The notes beneath the pieces were generated by a model. The model made no database searches. It saw only the letters and a program-made list of their open reading frames with translations, and was not told the origin of the DNA. A DNA stretch of 15,126 bases from Deltaproteobacteria bacterium TL4 (lineage in GTDB: Bacteria; SAR324; NAC60-12): the NCBI GenBank assembly GCA_051382335.1, contig JBBCAX010000053.1, forward strand, positions 1 to 15,126, given 5' to 3'. Shown in pieces: positions 1-7,285 of the stretch. Within the stretch, counting starts at the first letter, position 1, and each line of letters begins with the position of its first letter. The position numbers were made by a program, and so were the translations under genes.

Positions 1-1
1 C

Positions 2-124
2 GTTGATGCTAAAAGGGATCACGTGATCCCTTTTACTCAACTGAATTCTAAATTACAAGAACGCTCCGGAAATTTACTTGTATTGGAGCCAGATTATACA
101 GAGCTTAAGGAACTGGTAGCTTAA
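2..124 (+). CDS. Possible 3' end of a gene entering from the left edge (...VDAKRDHVIPFTQLNSKLQERSGNLLVLEPDYTELKELVA*), function unknown
   Basis: Frame is open from base 2 to TAA at 122-124, followed by AT-rich intergenic DNA; no recognisable motif. Confidence 0.4.
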   Translation, partial: VDAKRDHVIPFTQLNSKLQERSGNLLVLEPDYTELKELVA

Positions 125-396
125 ATAGATTGAAAAGTTGATGATTTTCATCGTCTATTGCCAATTGAATTTCGACAGTCGAATTTTGCCTGATTTTTAC
201 TCAACAGCTAAGTTTAACCTAACGAACTGTCAACTACTTTTGCCGGTTTTTGAAAGGTGCCAAGTAATCTTATGAAGATATTGAGCTTTTATGATTTTCA
301 GCATAGGCTTATCGTGTCTTAATATTATTTTTAAGACGAAGACACGCCTCTCACGAAAGAGTCTTTTTAAATCAATTGATTACCTTTATTCGCCCA

Positions 397-1311
397 CTAA
401 AGTCCAATATTTTGATCCTTGAAAATGGATTCACAATGTTTGATTTTGTCAGCATCCATCCATTGACTCAGGACGGGATGACTCTCGAGGGCCGCTGTTC
501 CAATTTTATTGTTTTTTTCATGCCAAAGCGGATTATTAGGCATGAGCTGTATCTTAAAAAGGTTATTTTTAATAAGAAACAGGGCAATGGCTTTAAGGTT
601 CTCATCATTGTCCGTAATTTGTGGAATGAGAGGCGTGCGGGGTAATAACTCAAAATGTCCGTTCGGTAACAGCTTGGCCAATTTTTCAAAATTTTCCAGG
701 ATGAGTTGATTCGGAACACCACAAAATTTTGCATGTTCCTCTGAGTTGAATAACTTTAAATCATAATAAATGGTGTCAATATAGGGTAGAATTTGCTTTT
801 CGAACTTTGCAAAATTAAATAATCCACAAGTTTCGAGCAGAATATGGATTCCTTCCTGTTTTAACTTTTGTACCAAACGGGAAACAAAATCCATGTGCAG
901 CGTGGCTTCGCCGCCAGATAAACTGACGCCTCCACCAGAAGATTTATAAAAGGGCTTGTCCCTCAAAACTTTTTTACAGATTTCTTCAATACTGGTCTCG
1001 TTTCCGACTCGTGTTAACGCCTCCGCGGGACAAATCTCAACACACTGAAAACAGAGGTTACATTGTTCCCGAGCTACGTAAAAGGGATTGTGTGGGGAAA
1101 TCGCGTTTTCAGCGCAAACACCAAGACACGTCTTACAGCCAAGACATTCCTTGGGATCATAAGAAATCTCAGCACCTGCCTTCTTACTTTCGGGATTGTG
1201 ACACCACACACATGCAAGAGGGCACCCTTTAAAGAAAATCACAGAACGTATACCGGGTCCATCATCTAAGGAATTTCCTTTGATATCAAGGACTAAAGGC
1301 TTAAGACTCAT
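397..1311 (-). CDS. Glycyl-radical enzyme activating enzyme (radical SAM) with a 2x[4Fe-4S] ferredoxin insertion
   Basis: DGPGIRSVIFFKGCPLACVWCHNPES (CxxxCxxC), CLGCKTCLGVC and CNLCFQCVEICP ferredoxin motifs, SGGEA motif; start overlaps the GRE stop (ATGA, 1308-1311). Confidence 0.96.
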   Translation of the reverse strand: MSLKPLVLDIKGNSLDDGPGIRSVIFFKGCPLACVWCHNPESKKAGAEISYDPKECLGCKTCLGVCAENAISPHNPFYVAREQCNLCFQCVEICPAEALTRVGNETSIEEICKKVLRDKPFYKSSGGGVSLSGGEATLHMDFVSRLVQKLKQEGIHILLETCGLFNFAKFEKQILPYIDTIYYDLKLFNSEEHAKFCGVPNQLILENFEKLAKLLPNGHFELLPRTPLIPQITDNDENLKAIALFLIKNNLFKIQLMPNNPLWHEKNNKIGTAALESHPVLSQWMDADKIKHCESIFKDQNIGL

Positions 1312-4300
1312 ATTCCATACTCCGCTCTTTCAATCAATTCAAGTTGGATTTCTGGATTGAGTGTTACAAAATAAGCGTTGTACCCTGAAATCCGGACCAG
1401 TAAATTTTTATAATTTTCAGGATGTAACATCGCGTCTTTAAGCGTTTCGGTGGTCACCACATTAAACTGCATTTGCATTCCTCCCTGAGCAAAATAGGCG
1501 TGAACATAAGAGGACATGGTCTCTACTGTTTTTTCCCGTGAATCCTTTGCGGAAGGAATCAGTTTCACATTAAAGGCAATGTTGTTATCCATGTGCGCGG
1601 GATTAAGCTGGGAAACATCCCGGATGTTATCTAAAAAGCTGTTTGACGCGGAAGGCTGAGGAGTCAATCCAGGCGTAAACGATTTTCCTGCCAAGCGACC
1701 TGAAGGCAGAGCGCCTGAAAGTTTTCCATAAGCGACATGCTGGGACATGGACCAGAATCCGGAGGTGTATCGGCCGCCACGAAAGTTGACGTGGTCATGA
1801 TAAATACCATGAATCAGCCCTGAAACCCGATTTGCCATTTCCAGTGCCTCGGCACTACCTGAACCAAACAAAGGCACCTTTTTTTGTACCAGCGCTCTAA
1901 GAGCTGGATGATTCTTGAAATTGGAATCAATCGCTGTTTTCAGTTCTGAGAAACTTAGCTTTTTTTCATCAAAAACGAGTTTTTTAATCACCATTAAAGA
2001 ATCGGTGACATCCGCCAAACCAATATTGGAACTGCCGGATGTATTATATTTGGCTCCTCCTGAAGTAACATCCTGTCCCTTCTCAATGGAACCCTCCATG
2101 AGTGCGCTGAGCAGTGGTGTTGGGCGATAAAGAGCATGGACCTCCCCCAGGTGATTATTGAGTTTGACGGCTTCTCCTATCAGAAATCGCTGTTGTGCCG
2201 CATAGGCCTGAAAAAAGTCCTCAAAAGTGTGAAAGTCTCCCTTCTGAATATTTCCGGTCTTAGGTCCTAAATGCCATTTCATCAAGGGATGATAACCGTC
2301 ATTCAAGGCCATCTCCAAAGCAGCGACCAGGTTCATTAAAATCGAACCGGTATGTCCCATGTGCTTCCCGCTGATTGTGGGTTCAACACATCCCGTCGCA
2401 GACCAATCCCTGATTTCTGCCTCAGTGTACCCATGTTGTTCAAGCGCTTTAAAAACAGCATGATCGTTGTGCATTGAGGGGGTTCCTGCCGTAACGAAAT
2501 TGACTTCACACAAACGTTTAAGGTAGGTGTCACTATTTTTATCGGGATTAAAACGGGCATTAACATTTACATCCCGAATCGATAACATTTCGGTCACTTT
2601 TAAGAAAAGGTAAGTCATATCACAGACTCCGTCTTCTCCTTCTGGTGTCACACCACCAAGCGTAACCGCCTGAGTTGAGGAAGCTCCCCCAAAAAGAAAG
2701 TTCGCGATATCAGGTCCCAACGGAAAATGATCGGTACATCGCATATAAAAACAGCCAAGTAACTCAAGCGCATGACGGATATAAGCTGATTGGGCTTCGG
2801 CTGAAGAAAGCTTCCGCAGATCTTTTTCAAAATAAGGCTGAAGCCATTGATCCAAACGCCCTAAAGAAAGACCGGTGTCTGTATTTTCATTGTGAATCCC
2901 AACCCAGAGGATCCACACCGCATTGAGCGCTTCATCCAAAGTTTGTGGCGGATGAGCCGGGACCCTGGCGCAAATTTCCACCAAACGGGTTAACTCTTTT
3001 TTTCGCTCCGGATCCATTTCTTTTTGACTCAAACTCAACGCTTCCCGCGAAAGGTGTTCCGCATAAATATTGACGCCTTCCAAGGCGTAAATCATAGCCT
3101 GTAGGCTATTTTTTTGCTGTTCTTCCAGGGGATTTCCGTCGTTTAATAGCGCTTGAATATCATTGATAATACCCAAGGTTCCTTTATTCAACAACCGGGG
3201 GTAATCAGGCACGGTATGAGAAATACCAACGGATTTCCAAACAAAATACGCGACCCAGCGCTCATCAATTTGCTGGCATATTGGATAATTATGCCTGGCT
3301 TTCACCCATGCCTTAAAATTACGTTTTGCCCAAAAAGGAAAAACATCATGATGAAGGGTTCTGGCTGTTTCTTCAGAAATATCAAAAGGAATCAAGCTTC
3401 GTTTATCAATAGAATGAAGTTCCCCCCAAATCATAAGGCCTTGAGCGTCAGGAAAGATAATGCCCCCTGTCGTTGGATTACTCGTTGTGGTTCCCGCGAT
3501 TAAATCATTTTTACGGATGATCGGCTTTTTTTGGCTCATCACCTGTTTCAGCACAAGTCCTTGCCGTAACTCTGGATTCCATCGCTGTCCTGCGGCGTCT
3601 CTTTCAAATCCATGCTCCCGACACCATTCGGTAATTAATTTTGCCCGCTCCGCGCACACTTCGGGTTTTTGGTTTAAATGATCCTCTAAAAACGTCATTA
3701 AACGAGGGAATTGGTCAATCTTATACTCGGACAGATAAGGCTCAGGAAGATACTTAACTCCAGGATCGACAGGCTCCGCTTTCATTGAGTAACAACGGCG
3801 ATTTAAAAACGCTTTCGAAAGATCTGAAGCCTCCACATGATACTTGGCTTGACGAGACAACGCTTCTTCTTTTTCCACCTTTTGTATCATCTGCTGGTGT
3901 CGTTTTCCCATCAAAAGAGAAACATAATAGTTGAATAATTGCAAATAGGCCAAGTTGCCGTACATGGTGATTTTGTTCTTTAAAATGAGGTTCAATAAGA
4001 CACTTGGCGGTTCTTTGAGCATTTCCCTCAGTACGTCCTCGTCCATAAACTTCAACGTAATATCCGCATCCTGAGGGATCTTTTTTAAAACACGAACTCT
4101 TCCTTGATGAAATATTAACGCTTGCTCCACACTGTTCGTTTCCGTTTGAAAACCTATTGTGAAATTGATCCATCCATCGACGCCTTTCAGATATTTTCTC
4201 AAAGAGGGCCTGAAATTAAACTGTGCGGCCAATAACTGAAGCAGTACATGCGCACCAGGATTCAACAGTGTATTTTTAAGCTTTATTTCTGTTTGATTTC

Positions 4301-4358
4301 GAAGTTCAATTGGATCAATAACCAAACTCGTTAACTGATTGAGGATCGGATTGCTCAT
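1308..4358 (-). CDS. Glycyl-radical enzyme (PFL-like superfamily, non-PFL Cys-X-Glu type) with an N-terminal SCP2-like extension
   Basis: C-terminal VRISGY glycyl loop, WSATGCVEP cysteine loop, GRLDQWLQPY and GGMQMQFNVV motifs; 1016 aa versus about 800 aa for a typical GRE; adjacent activase gene. Confidence 0.95.
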   Translation of the reverse strand: MSNPILNQLTSLVIDPIELRNQTEIKLKNTLLNPGAHVLLQLLAAQFNFRPSLRKYLKGVDGWINFTIGFQTETNSVEQALIFHQGRVRVLKKIPQDADITLKFMDEDVLREMLKEPPSVLLNLILKNKITMYGNLAYLQLFNYYVSLLMGKRHQQMIQKVEKEEALSRQAKYHVEASDLSKAFLNRRCYSMKAEPVDPGVKYLPEPYLSEYKIDQFPRLMTFLEDHLNQKPEVCAERAKLITEWCREHGFERDAAGQRWNPELRQGLVLKQVMSQKKPIIRKNDLIAGTTTSNPTTGGIIFPDAQGLMIWGELHSIDKRSLIPFDISEETARTLHHDVFPFWAKRNFKAWVKARHNYPICQQIDERWVAYFVWKSVGISHTVPDYPRLLNKGTLGIINDIQALLNDGNPLEEQQKNSLQAMIYALEGVNIYAEHLSREALSLSQKEMDPERKKELTRLVEICARVPAHPPQTLDEALNAVWILWVGIHNENTDTGLSLGRLDQWLQPYFEKDLRKLSSAEAQSAYIRHALELLGCFYMRCTDHFPLGPDIANFLFGGASSTQAVTLGGVTPEGEDGVCDMTYLFLKVTEMLSIRDVNVNARFNPDKNSDTYLKRLCEVNFVTAGTPSMHNDHAVFKALEQHGYTEAEIRDWSATGCVEPTISGKHMGHTGSILMNLVAALEMALNDGYHPLMKWHLGPKTGNIQKGDFHTFEDFFQAYAAQQRFLIGEAVKLNNHLGEVHALYRPTPLLSALMEGSIEKGQDVTSGGAKYNTSGSSNIGLADVTDSLMVIKKLVFDEKKLSFSELKTAIDSNFKNHPALRALVQKKVPLFGSGSAEALEMANRVSGLIHGIYHDHVNFRGGRYTSGFWSMSQHVAYGKLSGALPSGRLAGKSFTPGLTPQPSASNSFLDNIRDVSQLNPAHMDNNIAFNVKLIPSAKDSREKTVETMSSYVHAYFAQGGMQMQFNVVTTETLKDAMLHPENYKNLLVRISGYNAYFVTLNPEIQLELIERAEYGI

Positions 4359-5029
4359 AAGGGTTCTCCCTGTTTTTGTGCATATTGATAAAAAGAACGG
4401 ACTAAGTCCTTCACAAAACGTTCGATCATTTCTTCCACATTTTCTCCCATCTCTTGTAACACTCGATTATTGTAAAGTGAGACGATCCCATGAAGAGCGG
4501 TCCAAACCTGAAGCGTGTGGTACCGGGCCTCTTGAATGGGCATAAAGGGCTTGTTTTGGATGAGCTTTGTGACAATGGATGTCGCCATATTGGCAGATTG
4601 TAGTGCGGTCTGCTTTTCGATCAACGCCACGGATTCCAAAGCTGTGCCCACATAATCCGCGTATTTGGGCGTGTTCCGGTTTAGCATCACTTCATAATAA
4701 TCGGGATTTTTGAATCCAAACTCCAAATAGGCTCTGACCATGCCTTCTAATTGGGCAAACGGTTCTTCACTCTGCTGGGTTACTTGCTCAAAGGCCTCCT
4801 GCAGCATCGCAAAGCCATTGGTTTGAATGCCCAGATAGATTTCATCCTTATTGGAATAATAATTGTAAATATTTGCCGCCGTCATATTCAAACGGTTCGC
4901 AAGTTTCCTCATACTTAAATATTGAAATCCCTCCTCACAGAGGATTTCCATTGCAACCGACAATATTTTCTCTTTAATGACTTCAATTTCACTCGAATTC
5001 CGTGCGGCTTTAGGCATCTTCTCATCCAT
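4355..5029 (-). CDS. TetR/AcrR family transcriptional regulator
   Basis: N-terminal HTH KILSVAMEILCEEGFQYLSMRKLANRLNMTAANIYNYYSNKDEI; C-terminal WTALHGIVSL (WHG-type); ATGA overlap with the GRE start. Confidence 0.95.
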   Translation of the reverse strand: MDEKMPKAARNSSEIEVIKEKILSVAMEILCEEGFQYLSMRKLANRLNMTAANIYNYYSNKDEIYLGIQTNGFAMLQEAFEQVTQQSEEPFAQLEGMVRAYLEFGFKNPDYYEVMLNRNTPKYADYVGTALESVALIEKQTALQSANMATSIVTKLIQNKPFMPIQEARYHTLQVWTALHGIVSLYNNRVLQEMGENVEEMIERFVKDLVRSFYQYAQKQGEPL

Positions 5030-5048
5030 AAATAAAGTGATTATCGTT

Positions 5049-5081
5049 ACATGAACAATGTTAACTTAACACCGTTCATGT
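5049..5081. promoter_or_regulatory. Candidate TetR operator, 33-bp inverted repeat
   Basis: ACATGAACAATGTTAA-C-TTAACACCGTTCATGT, arms match at 14/16 positions, 20 bp upstream of the TetR ATG. Confidence 0.65.
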
Positions 5082-5133
5082 CCAAAATCAACAATTATTC
5101 AATCGCTCTGAATTTTTTTTGGCAGGGTTTAAG

Positions 5134-5202
5134 GAGCCGTGTGCGGGAGATCCGCACGCACGGTTCGGAGGGAGGGGAGGCGAGAGCTTTCCCTACCCCT
5201 CT
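5134..5202 (+). ncRNA. Group II intron 3' remnant (domains V and VI)
   Basis: GAGCCGTGTGCGGGAGATCCGCACGCACGGTTC matches the D5 consensus with the AGC triad; it is followed by a D6 stem AGGGGAGG...CCCTACCCCT with a bulged A; no intron ORF nearby. Confidence 0.85.
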
Positions 5203-5280
5203 CATCGTCAATGCTTGAAAAATAAAGCTCAATGAAAAAACAAAATTAGGTTTGTATTTTTTATTTCATCAGTGTACCCA

Positions 5281-5395
5281 CGCTTATGATAGTGTTCAAG
5301 GAAAGTTTTGTCCTGGGAGCGAGGGCGTCCCGTCCTCCGGTGAGGGCAAGATGCCCTCGCTCCCAGGACAAAACTTTTCTAGACATCTATAAGCG
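5281..5395. repeat. Long palindromic REP/MITE-like element
   Basis: 5302-5329 and 5350-5377 are inverted repeats matching at 27/28 positions; the outer CGCTTAT/ATAAGCG are also inverted. Confidence 0.8.
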
Positions 5396-5457
5396 GTCCG
5401 GGTACGTTGTTAACCACAAAGAACTCGAAAAAAATGTTCTTCCCTTTGAGATGCAGT

Positions 5458-7285
5458 ATGAAAGCTTACATGACGTATTTTATTTTTATCCTCTGCTTGG
5501 GGGGCACTCTCATGATCACCACCGTTGGTTTTGCTCAAGAGGAAAAACCCCAAGCCGCGGTTGTGCCTGTTTCCGCGCTTGGAGATATTTCTGAGGTCGA
5601 AAAACAGATTTTTTTCAACACCCTGCTTTCCAAGCTTTCACAGCATTACAATTTAGTCTCTCAAGCTCAATTCCTGGAAGCGCAGGAAGTCGCCTTCGAG
5701 GAACTGGACGCGCAGGAATGTACTGAGGAACAATGCATTCGTAAAATCCAGGACCTTTTGCAGGTGGAAAACCTGTTTGCTTTGCAAATCCTGCGCTTCC
5801 GTGAAGATACCCAACTCACGTTGACCTTGGTGGATCTGGATAAGAAATTAGTGGAAAGCGACCTCTGTAACGCTTGTAGTACCATTGACATGAACAAACG
5901 CATCATGGGATTAGTCAGTCAACTCATTTCCAAAAACGCAACACCCCCTCCTTCAGCACAAAGTGGAGGACTGCACATCACGTCTACTCCCACTGGGGCT
6001 CAGATTATCCTGGACGAACAACCGCTTCAGGACATAACTGAAGCGCTATTCAAAAATATCCCGGCAGGCCAGCACACCCTGACCCTGAAAAAAGGCAACC
6101 TGGAGGCCACCCAACAGGTTCAAGTTGAAGTCAACGCTTTAACCAAGGTGGATTCTGCGGCTTCAATTGCCCCTTCAAGCCATTGGAACCCTCAGGCTCA
6201 CAAACTGGGTTCCGGAAACCAGGATTCTCATCGATGGACAAGTCGCCCAACTGAATAAACAAGGCCAAATTGAGCTGGTTTAGGGATCTCATGTGATTCT
6301 TCTTGAACGGAAAGGATATCAGTCCCTCCAAAAGAAATTCTCCCTTGAGGAGGGTAAAACGTTTGCCTTCGACGCGCGGTTGACTCTGCGGCAAGGCACC
6401 TTAACGCTGCAAGGTCCTCAAGGCGCCTCTGTGGAAATTGAGGGAAAAAACGAGGTCCCTTATTCCGCGACAAAAACGCTGCCCTTGACTGAGCAAGCCT
6501 TACCGATTGGGACCTACACTCTTCGTGTGAGCCAAAAAGGCTATTTCCCTGAGCAAAAATCGATAACAATTAGTGAAGGCCGTCAGACCGCCTTGGCAAT
6601 CGAACTTACTGCTCAACCCCCCCGCTTAAAAATCAGGATTTCCCGTGAGGATCTCATCGAAACCAGCGATGGCAAGTTTATGGTCACGCTCAAGGGAAAG
6701 AAGAGTTATTCCCAGACACAAGCAGCCGAAGGAAACGCCGCCTTTGAAATCACGGTGGAACCAGGCTCTTATCAACTCAGCGTTGCTCATTCCAGTGGCA
6801 AATATGAGGCTCAGGAACGCGCGGTAATCCTGGAACGGGGACAAATCGCGGAAGAAGCCTTTGAATTGAAACTCACTCAGGTTTATCAGACACATCAAGC
6901 CTGGAAATGGAAAAGAGGCAGTGCCTTAGCGGCAACTTTGGTCTCCGTGGGTTTGGGGTATTCCGCCTTTACGGCGATGGAAGCCGCCATCGTGGAAAAA
7001 GAGGCTTTGGATCAAAAAATTCAGAACGCTCAAACCCTTAAGGATTCTTATCAATATCAGCAACAGTCCGATAAAAAAATGGAAGAGGCGAAGTCCTATC
7101 AGCAACAATCCCAAAATTATCTGCTGCTCTCTGTGGGAATGGCCGCCCTGACAGGCTGGATCTGGTGGGATGAACCCCCCCTTGCCTGCCCCAAACACCG
7201 CCTGGCAATGGCATCTCCAACCGCAAGGACCAGCCCAACTCACCTTCTCCCTGCGATGGTAAAATCTTTCACCTTCAGCTCATAA
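5458..7285 (+). pseudogene. Exported PEGA-domain protein (signal peptide, TolB-N/CsgG-like N-domain, PEGA-type beta domains, C-terminal hydrophobic helices), disrupted
   Basis: Signal peptide MKAYMTYFIFILCLGG...GFA-QEE; PEGA motif GGLHITSTPTGAQIILD...PAGQHTLTLKK; +1 frameshift at about 6151-6154, in-frame TAG at 6281-6283, and a probable +1 in the C7 run at 7175-7181 (the alternative frame ends ...LTFSLRW* at 7262). Confidence 0.75.

Noticed and set aside
1308..4358. Calling the GRE pflB/pflD, cutC or hypD
   Set aside because: No Cys-Cys pair, and the pocket segments do not match those enzymes as I recall them; no gene symbol assigned
5286..5594. 102-aa ORF containing LGARASRPP, and the TTG start at 5407
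   Set aside because: The ORF is a translation of the palindromic repeat; the signal peptide favours ATG 5458 for the PEGA gene
6281..6283. TAG recoding (pyrrolysine or an alternative genetic code)
   Set aside because: The same gene also has frameshifts, and TAG is the natural stop at 13335 and 13959; a nonsense mutation is the simpler explanation
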